From Vicugna vicugna (Eukaryota): 64,000 nt of DNA. Shown in pieces: positions 38,750 to 51,200 of this stretch. Position 1 is the stretch's first letter. Every line of letters begins with the position of its first letter. The translations under genes were made by a program, and so were the position numbers. Under the pieces are notes generated by a model. It ran no database searches. It saw only the letters and a program-made list of their open reading frames with translations, and had not been told where the DNA came from. The stretch lies in assembly GCA_013265495.1 (NCBI GenBank), contig MU057701.1:1302001-1366000 (forward strand). Reading direction: 5' to 3'.

Positions 38750-39680
38750 TTTCAGTTCTGTGTGGCTGCACGTCACCCCAAAACTCAAAGGCTTAACACA
38801 ACAGCCATTTTGCTCTCTCACATTTCTGTGGGTTGTTGACTGGGCTGAGCTCTGCGATTCTTTGCTCCATATGATAGTGGCGGAGGGTGGTCATTGGCGG
38901 CGAGACTCAGAACCTCCCTGAGGCTCATTCACAGCAATGGCAGTCGGTGCTGATTGCTGGCCGGGAGGGTAGCTGGGCCTTTCACCTGGTGTGCGTGCCT
39001 CAGTTCTCTTCTGTAAGGCTTCTAGGTGTGGCTTGGCCTTCTCAAAGCAGGTGACTGATTTCCAAGAGCCAGGAAGTGGAAGCTGTCGCTCTTCTGAAGG
39101 CCTGAGCTCAGAAGTCTCAGAATGCGACTTCTGCTGCATTCTATGGGTCAAAGCCAGTCCTAGAGTGTGTTGGTTACTTAATGCTGCATGACAAATAATC
39201 CCCAAACTTAATGGTCTAAAATGATAATAAATATTTCTCTCTTCCAGCAGGTTTAGTCAGAATCACAGAGCAGTTTTGCTACGAGGTCCCGGCTTGGGTC
39301 ATCTCCTAAGATTGCAGTCAAGATGTCATTCAGAGCTGCATTCATCTGAAGGCTTGGTTGGGACTGGAGGGCCCATTTCCAAGGAGGCCCACTCAGATAT
39401 TTGGCAAACTGGGGCTGGCTGTTGGCAGGAGGACTCAGTTCTTCTACACGTGGGCCTCTCCATAGGCCACTGCAGTGTTCTCATGATATGGTGCCTGGCT
39501 TCCCCCCGAGCAAGTGATCCAAGAGGCCACGGCTACCCTTTATGAGCTAGCTTCAGATGTCAGACTTTATCACATCCACCAGGCTCTTTTTGTCACACAG
39601 ACCAGCCCTGGTTCACAGTGGGAGGAGACTACGAAAGCATCAATGACCAGGAAATAAGGATCACTGGGACCAGCCCAAGA
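38750..39680 (-). mobile_element. Two adjacent old MaLR LTRs (MLT1-type)
   Basis: Two successive MLT1 starts (ggctgca...ccccaaaactcaaaggcttaa at about 38765; atgctgcatgacaaataatccccaaacttaatgg at about 39180), each with a typical body. Confidence 0.65.
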
Positions 39681-42207
39681 TTCCAAGGATGGAGAAAGAA
39701 ACTCTACCTCTGGGTGGGGAATGACCAAGACTCTGTGGGCACCTTTACGCTTCCAGAGCCAGGCTCTGGGGACTTAGCAGAGGACCAGTCCGAAAGGCTT
39801 TGTGCTCACAAAACTTACAGTGTAAACCACAGTCCAGGTCCTATAGTCTAAGACCATATAGAAATCTAGTGGCAGAGAATGGATGTGTCTGTCATCTTCA
39901 TTGTACAGGTGAGAAACCTGAAGCTCAGAAAAGACCAGTAACAGGCCCAGAGTCATAGTGAGTAAGTGGCAGAGCTGAGATGAATACTCAGACTCTGACC
40001 TGGAGCCAAGCCCTTTTCCTCCCTTATCCTGTGCTGCTGCTCATTATGTTACAATGTTAAGTTTTAAATAAGAGAATGCAAAATTATTGTACGTAGCGTT
40101 AAAAAAAAAAACCAAAAAGTCCCCACCCAACTATGTAAAACAAACTATGCTTTAAAAAAGAACAGAAGGAAACACAAACAAAATGTTGATGATTGTTAAT
40201 AGATGGTAGGAAAATACGTGAGCTTTTTTCCCCCCTTCCTCTTCCAGGTTTCTGTGTTTTTTGAATACTCTAAACTGAACTTCTATCACTTTCATAATGG
40301 ATAACGGTTTTGAAACCCAAAACGTTTCCTACTGTGGTAGAGACACAGGAGGTGCAGGAGAGAGGGGTGCTGGGGGGCTGGAGGAGGAGCTGGCGGGTGC
40401 GGGAGGAGCCTTCCACCTGCAGATTTTGGTTCCTCCTCTGCTGTATGGCATTCATGGTGTCCAAGAGTCTGGTTCTTCTGAAAGGCAATGGCTATTCATT
40501 AGCTCACCTGTGCAACGAAGCTGGCTCTTCAGCTGAGGTGTGGGAGGAAGAACCTTCTTGGAGAGAAAAGCAGTGTTTCCCACACCCCAGGGGTGGGTGG
40601 AGTGAAGGAAACTAGAGGGCTGATGTCCCCCTTTTCTGATGGGATATACCTAGAATGCCGTTTTCTGGTCCAAGGTCAAGGTGACCGGCTCTCAAATATG
40701 AGTTTTTGTCCTGGGACAACATGAGAGAACATTTGAAATTGATGCTCGCCTGGAAACTTCAAGATACGTAGTCACGGTAGATAAAAGCTATTTGGTCATT
40801 TTATAGTATTAATCGTCTTTTTTTGATTGCCTGCAACCATGTGATATCTTCTTTCACTTCTATTTTTGAGGCTTAAGCCTATCACCCCATTGTCTTCCTG
40901 TGTGCATTGTCTGCCTGTACACTCTATAGCCTGGAATTTTAAAAGTAAAAACCAACAGCTTCCATTAACTGGTCACCTATTACATAAAGCTGCTACACTA
41001 AGCATTTATTTGTACACTTAATCTTTTTTTAAATCAAAAAAATTTTAATGTATTTTATTAATTTATTTTTAATTTTTTAAATTTTTATTTCTTAAATTAA
41101 TTTATTTTTTTACATACACTTAATCTTTACAATAGCATATGATGTGCATATCTCCAATTTATAGATGAGGAAACAGGAGTTCAAGGAAATTCAATATCTT
41201 CTCCAAAGTCACGTGGCTCAGAAATGACAGAGGCGAAACCTGAAACCATGTCCAAATGCCCCCCCACAAAGCCATGAGCCTAATGCTGCTTCCCTAAAGA
41301 GAACATGACAACAACACTAAAAGACATTTGAAATCTTACAGCCCTCCTTCCTAATTTAAGATGGCAGGGTTTTTTGGACAGTGCAAGGTTTCTCTTGTTG
41401 AAAATGGACTTTGCATCAGAAACCTCTGTGCACCACTAGAGGTCTTCAGCCACTACCATAGCACCCAGTTCTGTGAATGCTCCAGCCAGCTGCCAGCAGG
41501 CACAGTCCGACAGTGTCTCACCTCTGGCTCACAGCCGGCACCTCAGGCCCCACCCAGGGCATCTCTGTTGACACCCACCTGGTGCCAGGCCAGTGCATTT
41601 GGGAGGCAGGGCTCAGGCCCCTGTGCAGAGTTTTTCACCAACTGGGGCAGAACCATAGGATAAGTGCCTGCTTCCCTCTGCCCCATCCTAGAAGGCAGGT
41701 CCTGGGATACTTTTCTTAGGACTTCTCAGTCTCTCCAAATCAAGCAGCCGGGAATATGGCCACCCCAACAACACGGTATCCAACACCTCTGCCTCCACCC
41801 CTGCTTTGGTCCTTTAGCCTCAGCTGCTCTCCTGGGCTCACGCTCCCCAGTAATGAATTCACCCGTGAGCTTTGTCTCAAGTTCTGCTTTTGAAGGAACC
41901 CTGGCCAAAAAAGATTCAAATATTTTCTTTGCCTGTGTTCTCACTCAAATATAAAACACCTTTATCTTCAGAACCGCATAGGTGTTGAGCAGAGTAGCCA
42001 CATGGAAATGGCAAAGGCCAACAACTTCACCCTTTCCAGTTCTTATTCTGTGTAACTGCTTGATCTGGAGCAGACATTTTCCACTGACTTCTTGCTACTC
42101 TGTATCAGAGTATGTAGATCACGTTTTCCAGATGAAAAACAAACAAGTAAACAAACCCTCCTGTACGTTTAGGCGGATGTATATGTCATTAAAAGGGCAG
42201 CTGAGGA

Positions 42208-42300
42208 GGGGAAGGGTATAGCTCAGCAGTAGTGTGCTGGGTTCAATCCCCCAGTACTTCCATTAAATAAGTAAATAAAACTAATTACCGCCGCCCCCCA
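42208..42300 (+). mobile_element. Vic-1-like SINE, internally deleted
   Basis: gggtatagctcag...gggttcaatcccccagtac...aaactaattacc. Degenerate TSD aaaagg(g/c)ca(g/t)ctgag. Confidence 0.85.
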
Positions 42301-44253
42301 ACCAAATTTTAAAAAGGCCATCTGAGCTCTCCCACTTCTGCTACTTAAGGGGATGATGTGTTCTGGTGGGGACGAGAGATGCAGGGCTAGGGCCAGCGCC
42401 TGTGGGCTGCACTCCTGACCCTCTGTCCCTGGAGTTAAAATTGTGTTCCAGGGTGATTTTGGGCAAGCTAGAGATTCAATTTCCCAGACTGAAGTGGAGT
42501 AGAGGGCCTGGTGGTTGGAAGGCAGCCAGGATGGTGCGTGATGTCAAGGTTATAGGGAGAATTAGGGAGTGACTGCTGGAATATAGATCATTCCCTGTGT
42601 GGAGCATTGGGAGGGCCCCTGAGAGACAAGGCAGAGAGTCAGCAGGGAAATGGAGGGAAATGTCAGTCTTTCTCCCTAGAAATCCACTCTGGCTCTGCTC
42701 CACTTCAATTCCCCCAATGGCCCTCGGAATGACAGAGGTTTGAGACATTTATATTTAATATCCTCAGGTATCATATGCTAACTAGCAAAGTAAATAATTG
42801 ACATCGGCTGGCCGTCTGCTGCTCGGTGATGGCTGGGAATTATTCACAGGTGCATCAATCACTGGCTGAGGCATCTCTAAAGCCCCAGAAGACTTCCCTC
42901 CGGGAGCCCTTCGCACAAATGCGCATGTCTCAATGATGACTGTGGGAGTCCTCCTGATCATTAACAGGTTTGTATTTTAGAAGGAAAACCAGTCAAGAGA
43001 GAAGGATGCTCTCCCCACCACCATCATCTCGAGAGAGTCACCCTGGGGGTGGTGCAGAGTGAACGCAAAGCCCTGAGGCGGCACAGCCTCAGGTTATTAG
43101 GAAAAGAGGAGGGAAAATCCAGGAGCTGAGTGTCTTTAGAACCCCAATTCTATGCCTACAGCTGACCTTGTCATCACTCAGAATTGCTCTTCTGTGAAAA
43201 CCTTGCCTAACCCATCCCTCTCCAAATCAACCCAAAGTCTGGTTCTTCCCATCTCTCCTACCCGACATATTTCCTCTGGTCCCGCCCCTCCACCTTGGAT
43301 TCCTTTCTATTTCCATCCAGCATAGAACCCACGATCCGTCACTTCAGCCCCCTTCTTGTCAGTCCCCCGCACTGTTTTGTCTTTCTCCTGCTCCTGACTC
43401 TGTACACTCTTGACTCTGGATTCTCCAACAGCTGCCAAGCCCCCCCATAACCATCCATCCAACTCCTATCCTGGGAATGCCACAAATGCGTGGGCCCTCA
43501 GGGTGGCCCGGAATTCTCCCTCTCAACCTGGCAGCTTCCTCTTTCTTTCTCTCAGTGGCTCTTTCAGTTCTCACTGGTTCCCTCAAAGCCCCTGTTACCA
43601 CCTCCCACCCATTCTCAACAGATGATTTTGCTTCACTTTGCTTCTCACTTTAAAGCTACAATAATAGAAGCGGGCTGGCCAGCAGGAATTTCCTCAGCTT
43701 CCTGCACTCTGCCTGTGAATGAATCTGCACCCACACCCATTCTTATCTGCATCCAGCGCAAATGGAAGAGGGTTCCAGCGCATATTTGGAAATGTGCAAC
43801 AAAGGCAGTTATCAATAGAGAAACAGGGTAGGGAGTGGAGATAGGGGCCTGCAGCTGCACCATCACAAGGAACCCTCTTCCTTTCCAGGGCCAGCTCCTC
43901 TAGCCCCCTGGGCCTCTAGGACCCTGTCGCAGCGGTCCTCCCCTGCCCAGCCTCTTCATTCTCTTTTCTTAGCTCTGTTCCTCAGCCCCGGGAGCCTCTG
44001 CATCCCTAGCCCCAGCTACACCACCTACACTGCTTGTGTCAATTGCCTCAACAACCTTCTAATTTCCATATCCCAGGGTACACTGCTCAGATCTCTTCCA
44101 AATTGACCCTTCTGAGGTGTATCTTGCTCCCTCCTCCAATCTCTGTACTCCTTTGATGACAACATTCTTACTTGGGTTTTTATCACTTTTCTGGTCTTTT
44201 GGGTAGGGGGCGTGGAAGAATTAGGATTATTTCTTTTTCTTGTTTTTTTTTTT

Positions 44254-44360
44254 GGGGGGGGTGTAATTAGGTTTATTTATTTTAATGGAGGTGCTGGGGA
44301 CTGAACCCAGGACCTCATACATGCTAGGCAGGCACCCTACCACTGAGCTATAACCTCCCC
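44254..44360 (-). mobile_element. Vic-1-like SINE
   Basis: Consensus on the - strand, preceded by a poly(T) tail. Confidence 0.88.
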
Positions 44361-44572
44361 GCCTCCCCTGCCATGCCTGGTTTTTCTTCTTCATAGCCTT
44401 CATCCGGCCACCCCTAAAACATTATTTGGGTTCCTCAGGGATTATATGCCTATTCGGTGTCCCGTGGCTCCTGGGTTTAACTTTGTGGAAGCCTATAACG
44501 GTCTATCAATTTGTCAGTCTTTCTCTGCTAGATCTGGTGCCAAAAGCCCACCGTTTTTATACTTTTTTTTTT

Positions 44573-44605
44573 NNNNNNNNNNNNNNNNNNNNNNNNNNNN
44601 NNNNN
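44573..44605. other. Assembly gap (33 N)
   Basis: Run of n following a poly(T) tract. Confidence 1.
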
Positions 44606-45519
44606 TGCTTAGCACCTGGTACTTACTGAGCTCTCAGTGAATGCTCATTAATGGTTCAGTTTGGTGGCACAAGAGTTCCTAACCGTTTTTGTTTTTTTTA
44701 GATGTTTAAGTGGATCAACTTTTTGTTTTGGTGTACCTCATAACCATTTCTCCCTCCAAGAGTGCAATACTGGGTCAAAAAATTGAAGTAAAAATCTTGG
44801 AGAATTTTGTTTGTTTAGGTTTCATGAGAAAATAAGGATTTCTTAAAATGTCATAATTGGGAATAATTCAGGTGTACTGGGTCCATGTAGGCTTGAGCTG
44901 AAGCCCAGGTTGTGAGAGACTAGGGTGATGGTTGGGGTTAGGGAGTGGGGGAGGGAGGCAGATGCCAGAGTAATAACTTGGGTTTGAATTTCTATGACTT
45001 CTATCTCTTCTGTAGGTAGAAAAATTTAGTTCACTTTGCATATACTTACCTATCAATCAGCTATTTGGGGGACGAAGTAAGGAGTCTTGTTTGATATCTG
45101 AATTTAGCATCACAATCCTTGGCCTTTGTCATTGGTCACTGTGAGTCATAGACGCCAAGCTCCAAAATCACTCCTTTCATTTGTAAGTTCAAAGGACATA
45201 TAGATTCAGAGATATTCTTTATTTGATTTGGTTTTCATGCCAGCCCAAGGAGGCAGAATTTATTATCCCATTTTATAGACGAGCAGTCAGAGGCTCAAAG
45301 AGAGTTAATCATATGTTTTGTTCAAGGTCAAACAGATGGTAAGTTAGAGCAATGGGACTTAGACTCCAAGGCAGTGCTGGTATATTGTACTGTCTTTTGG
45401 CGAAGATCAGTGGTATTTGCTGCTTTTGCCTTTTGAAATTATCCATTCTGCTTCTGGCAGCAAGGAAGGGCAATTTGGCAGCCACTGGAATGGGCAGTTA
45501 CGAGGAGTCTAGTCATAAG

Positions 45520-45740
45520 GGTCATGAATTCCGGCTCTTTCTTGAGCTAGTCTTGTGATCTTAGACACACTACCAATCCTCTGTGAGCTTCAGTTTCTGC
45601 ATCTGTAAAATGGAGAAAATAAGAACCATACCTACCAAATAGGGTTCTTGTAAGGTTTCAAGGAATACGTGCAAAGATCTTGACATAGTGTCTGGCGCAG
45701 AATAACCTCTTAAAGTTAGCAAGTGTTAATATCATTATGT
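45520..45740 (+). mobile_element. MIR SINE (one of many; others near 7560-7720, 11760-11860, 24130-24320, 25120-25220, 39890-40000, 41120-41240, 50080-50190, 50445-50540, 51580-51760)
   Basis: MIR core ctgtgagcttcagtttctgcatctgtaaaatggag..ataa...cctacc..atagggtt. Confidence 0.75.
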
Positions 45741-47074
45741 TATTATATGTTCTTTTATTTCTCAAAGCATCCAAATTCCTCACTTTTCAAAAAGAAGGGC
45801 TCCTAAGTGTTTGCGCTGGGTCTTATTGGCTTTGTTTGAGGTCATTTGGACACTGCTTTAATGAATCTAATATTTATGTAGGGCTTGGTATGGGCAAAGA
45901 GGGTGGGGGGCCCTCTGAGATACACACTGCCAGCTTCCCAGGACACTTGTGATGGTGCAGCTGCGGGACCTCATCTCCACTCCCTACCCTGTTTCTCTAT
46001 TGATAACTGCCTTTGTTGCACATTTCCAAATATGCACTGGAACCCTCTCCATTTAAGGCAAGTGTTCCTTTTCCTTTGGGAAGGCCAAGGGGAGGCAAAT
46101 GGTGATCCCAGCCAGTGATGTCTGCAACCCAGAGACTTAATCCTGATGAGGCTGATCAACGTGTGTGCAGAGCTGCTCCTGGCAAACACAGTACTCGTTA
46201 GATATCACGGCAAAAACACAAACAAAACGAAAAATAGAGTTGTTCTTCAGAAGCAATTTGCTCCTCATACGAGGGATCTAGGTGGAAGGAGCTGATTTTC
46301 AAGTGATGTCTGGGTCAGATGTTTGTCTGGGACATGGAACTGGGCAGAAGACTGTGTCTGGGAGGGTGGGCAGGGCTTGATGGCATCAGAAGCAAGCTCC
46401 AGAAGGGCTAGGCAGCCTCCTGGGATTATGACTGGGCCTGGTGATGGCAATGAGGAAGGGTGTGTTTGCCATTAAGATATTTATGCATTGTCTCACAAGT
46501 CAGAGAACAAGACTGGCTTGTTGCTTCATTCCAGCCCAGTGCTCTTCAAATTCAGTTCTTAGCATGACCCACTCAGGGAACTGTTCTGAGTTTCTCAGTA
46601 GGCGACCTCCAGCCCAACTAGCAAGCCTTCCAACCACAGTATGATTTTGAGGATAAAAACGAGTTTATTTCAATTTCTGGCAGTTGAATTTGAATTTCAC
46701 TACAATGATGGACTGGAAATACTTGCCTGAGTGTGGCTCTTGTACCATCTCCATCAGAATCACCTCGGAGGAGGGGCGTTGAAAAAACGCGTACTTTCCC
46801 CAATCCCATTCTAGACATAGGACATACTGACATTACAAAAATATCCAAAAAATCCTCCATGATAAGGATGAGGATGTGTTTTTAATGCTAATTTCTGGGA
46901 TTGGACAGGAACAGATGGGTCTGACGGCCCTCTAAAACCCAAATTTGAGTGAAATGGCCAAGCGGGAGACCCTTGGTTCTTGGAGCCTCAGTTTCTCCTT
47001 CTTTCAGGGGCAGGTTCTGTCTCTACTTGTTGCTAGGCTGTAGGAACAGGAAATTAGTAAGTGCAAAGTGCCAG

Positions 47075-48235
47075 GGCGAGCGCGGTAGCTGGACTGGGTG
47101 AGAAGAGAAGCTCTTACTCCTCCCAACCCAGGCTCTTCCAGGTAACCCCTCCGCCGCCCCTCCCTCCAGCCCGTGGGCGGCGGCCCCTTTAACAGACCTG
47201 ACCAATCGCCCGCCCATTTCCGCGTCCGCTCCTCGGCGCGCAGGTAGGGCCTGGATTGGCCGGGCCTGGCTCGCGGCCTGTTACGCCCCCACCGCCCTCT
47301 GGTTGGCGGCGGCGGCCGCGGGCGCGGGGCGGGTCCGCCGGCGGGGCGGGGCGGCCGGTGCCCGGGGGCGGGCGGGCAGCAGGACGGCGGCCCGAGCCCA
47401 AGCAGAAACCCGAGCCGCGGCGGCCGTGGAGCACGGGTGCCGGCGCAGTACAATGAGGCAGCCAGTGGATCCGGGGTGAGCGTGCCCGGAGACAGGCAGG
47501 GCGTGGGAGGGAGCGCCCGCCGAGAAGGCCGGGGCTGGTGGCAGTTCGGCTCCGCAGGGTCTGGGGTCTGGCCGGGGGCCGGTGGCCGTTGGCGCGGCTG
47601 GGCGCGGGGGTCCGGCCTCCTAGGGCCCCGCCCCACTGTCACGGCCCGGGTGTTGACGGGGACGCCCACCCGCAACGTCCCCGGGCGCACGCTTCTTTCC
47701 TTTGGGGCCGTGTGGAGCGGTGTGGGCTTGACCCGGCCGGAGGTGCCCGCTAGCCGGTCCCCCAAGGCTGCGGTCCGCGGGCTCCCGGCTCTGGGCTCGA
47801 CCCCCGCCGGGGAGGTCTGTCCACACGCAAACTAAGGGAAAACAGCTTGTAATTTTATGAATGGGGCCCCAGGTTCCTGCCGCCCCCCGCGCCCACCTCG
47901 GGAAATGCTTTGAAGTCGAGAACCGCAGTTACTTTTACGCGGATCTTTCAGAGGTTGTCCGCGCCTCGAGTTGTTTTTCTCCAACTCCTGGAAATCGCAG
48001 GTGGCGGTGGATGGTTTGCATGCTTTAGACCTGAGGCGGCGGCGTCCCGAAAGCCGGAGGTTTGGAAGGTTAACAAGTGACATTGGGCTGAGGCCTAACG
48101 CCAGGTGCTCTGCCTGGGAGCGCGAGTGTGACGGTGTAGGCTGTGCTGCTGGCGAGCACACGACTGAAACGGTGGAGCCGGAGATGGACCAAACAGCCGG
48201 CTTTACTGGTACCACGCACGCTGACGCGGGAGTTG
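47075..48235 (+). promoter_or_regulatory. TEX2: CpG island / TATA-less promoter with CCAAT (47202-47206), inverted CCAAT (47255-47259) and several GGGGCGGG Sp/KLF boxes (about 47325-47375)
   Basis: Sharp rise in GC and CpG content, and the motifs are directly visible. The gene name rests on synteny: TEX2 is the next same-strand gene after the PECAM1 3' end in human. Confidence 0.85.
47375..47475 (+). other. TEX2: Putative first (5'UTR) exon of TEX2, donor GGG|gtgagc at 47475/47476; the rest of the window is intron 1
   Basis: Splice donor just downstream of the GC-box cluster. No recognisable TEX2 coding exon before 64000, consistent with a long intron 1. The 5' boundary is a guess. Confidence 0.65.
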
Positions 48236-51200
48236 GTGCAGGGAGTTTTCCCCTTTTGAAAATGGTTTTTGGAAAATTTGGCCCCTCGTTGGGTTGATGG
48301 TTACTTAAATCATCGGTTGTTATAGTTACAGGGCATCAAATGTAAGGGCAAAGTCTGTTTCCACCCTCGCTCTTCCTCCAAAGCTATGAAGTACTTTGTC
48401 ACTACGTTTTAGTAGACATTTCACGGGGAGGACAGACTTTTTAGAGTTGGAGGAAGAGCGTGGGCTCTGTGAAGGCAGGGGTGGTGCCATATTCATGTTT
48501 GAAGTTCTTGGTCTTGACACCACGGCTGCTCTGCACAAGAATTGAAAAGAACTAGACTTTCAACATGTTTTGGTGATTTTCAAAGGATTTAAAGGCGTCC
48601 TTTCAGGAGCCTGATGTACGCTGGAAGGGAAAGGATGAGTGACTTTTATATGGAAACTAATAAGGAAAAACGGAGGGGCAAATAATCGTTGAGCTCTGGG
48701 GTAGGGAGTGTTTGCAGAGTCCAGTTTGTGGGTTTAGAGCTCGGTGACGTGGTGAATCTTATCTCTAGGAGGTACTGGAAGAGCAAAAGTGCCATTTCTA
48801 TTAGCTCTTACCCACCCCTTAAGTTATTTCAGTATTCGTTCAACTTCTACAAGTTGGTGGTTGGGCTAAACTTAATGGAAAACGAGTAAACCTCCTGAGG
48901 TAATGAGGATAGAGTAGGATTGTTGCCATATGGTTTCTTTCTTTTCACAGAGGCCTCTCTGGGAGTGTCAAGGAAGGCTTGAAGGAGGGGGTAGTAGGTT
49001 GAGGGTGGAGGGCTGTGGGTGAACTCAGCTTGCCTGCACCTTTATCTCCAGGAAAGTTGCTGTGCCTGAGAGGAAGGAGATTAACAGACTGATTCAGATC
49101 AGACGACATGGTCATTGAGATAGCTGCCAAGTAAACCAAGGGGCTGGGATGGACGAGCGGGAAGAGAAAGTGCTGGAGTTTGCTGGGCTGAGGGTGCTGA
49201 GCCTTGTTGGAGGCTTGGAGAGACAGCAGAGTGTCATCACCTGAGAGGCTAGGAGACGTAGCAGACACCAAAGGTAGCGTTCGTTTATCAGACTTGTGTT
49301 TTTAGAATACTTCTGGAAAAGAAGCAGATTATTAGGCTTTTAGGTAGGATAAATGTATAGGGTATTTTGGAGTTTTGGTCAGAATGAAATTACATATAGT
49401 CAACAAATACTCAGCTGTGTGCCAGAAACTTTGAGACGTTATGAGTACGATGGAGAGAAAAAACAGGTCAAGAGTTTGTTTCCATATCCATATGACTTGC
49501 CTTCCCTCCAAGTCAGAGCTCTCATCTTCTGAGGATTTTCTGAAGCTCTTGAGGCAAGAAAGGGGAGCAATGCACAGAATGTTATTTAATGTAACAACAA
49601 AACAAAACAGTGGGGAGATTCTTCCTGCTGTAGCTCACTTTTGGTGCAACCCAGAATCTTCAGAGAGTGGTATTTTGTGCCAAGTTTGGTATATCTCATC
49701 CTCATGTCTACTGACCAGTGTCTTTTGATGGTGTTCTTTCTTTTTTCTCTTTCCCATATCAGTTCATTTATTCAGAAGTTTGCAAGTTCATCAGCTTTGC
49801 CTGTCCTCCAGGTGCTTCCAGTTCATTTTCTTTGCCTGAGTGTCCCTCAGGATTGGCTTTCTTCTGTCTGATCCTTATTCTCTCCTGAGTGCCCACCTTG
49901 GGAATTGTTGAAGTCATGGGGAATGTTTGTTCTTTGACTCTGTCTCAAAGCAGACGGTGGCTAGTACAGAAAAGAGCATTTGCTGAATTCCAGCTCTGCC
50001 GTGGGCTGCTTTCTCCATTTGTAAAAGCCTCTCCTGTCCTTGATCAGTCCTCTGGGAGATAGCTGCTCATAGCCTCAGTTTATAGGAGAGGAAACTGAGG
50101 CTCAGAGCAGTTCAGTAACTACCCAGGGTGATAAGCTAGTTAGACAGTGGAACAAGAATTTCAATCCAGGACTTTCTGATTCCAAATATGCTTTTTCCAT
50201 TGTACCTCGTTGCTTCTCCCAGAAGAAGAATGGCACTTTATTATGGTCTAGCATAGTGCCTTCTTGGACGCATGAAAGTTCAGGTTCAGAGATATTCAGA
50301 ACGTTGCCACAATTAATGTGCTCATGGGGGACCAAGAGTTAGCACCCTGTGTCCTGCCTCTCTGCCAGGTGCATTTTTGGGTAATTCAGGTGGCTTGTTG
50401 GGAAATTTGAGTTTACTGCCATGAGAAGGTGACCAGACTTACTAGATCTGTATCCCAGTGGTTCCATTTACCAGCTCTGTGACTTTGGGCAAATTATTTT
50501 CTCTCTGTATCTCAATTTCTTTATCTGTAAAATGGGACATTTCAACAGTGCTAAGACAGTGAAATTTGTCATATCTTAACATTCCTGAAAACAAAAAAAA
50601 GTATCCTATAATCTTACAGTTGTAGTTGGCAGTGACTTTCATTTTTGTGCATAAAATAATGGTACGTCTTACAGTTAGTGGGGTCCTAGATCAGACGAAC
50701 TATGGTAGTACATTCTTTATAGGTAGTTGGGAAAATTACATGAGGTCACTTGTGTGCCAGACACATAGTAGCACCCAGGAACAGCTGATGCTGTCGAATG
50801 ACAGAATGTACAGTTAACTGGTGGGTGGCCCTGGGGGAAAGCTGGGGAACATCTCGTAAGATTTGCCCCTCAGAGCCCAGGCGGTAATCCATGATCTGTG
50901 GGCTGGAGGAACATTTTCCAATTTGCCTGGAGCTCTGTCCTTTGGCTGACTCTTGTCCCCATGAGAAGCATTAACTTCAGGAGCTAACCAGCCATGGACA
51001 GACGGTTCCTTTTGTCTTGCCTATTCATTAAGTTTTTTGTCAACTTTAAATCCCAAGTTAAATATAACTGCCTTTATGAGAAGATTGGAAACCTACGCTA
51101 ATGTGAGTACTCTTACATGTGAATGTTAAAGCACCTCAAGGTTATGCGCAGGATTCCGTGTTTCCTCTTGCCAAACTCCCTGTAATGCATAATTGCGTTG

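Noticed and set aside
44400..44572. Odd-looking sequence just before the N gap
   Set aside because: May be low-quality contig-end sequence; not interpretable.
47004..47835. Long ORFs (253 aa on -, 132 aa on +) over the CpG island
   Set aside because: Pro/Arg/Gly-rich, low-complexity translations caused by stop-codon scarcity in GC-rich DNA; no recognisable protein.
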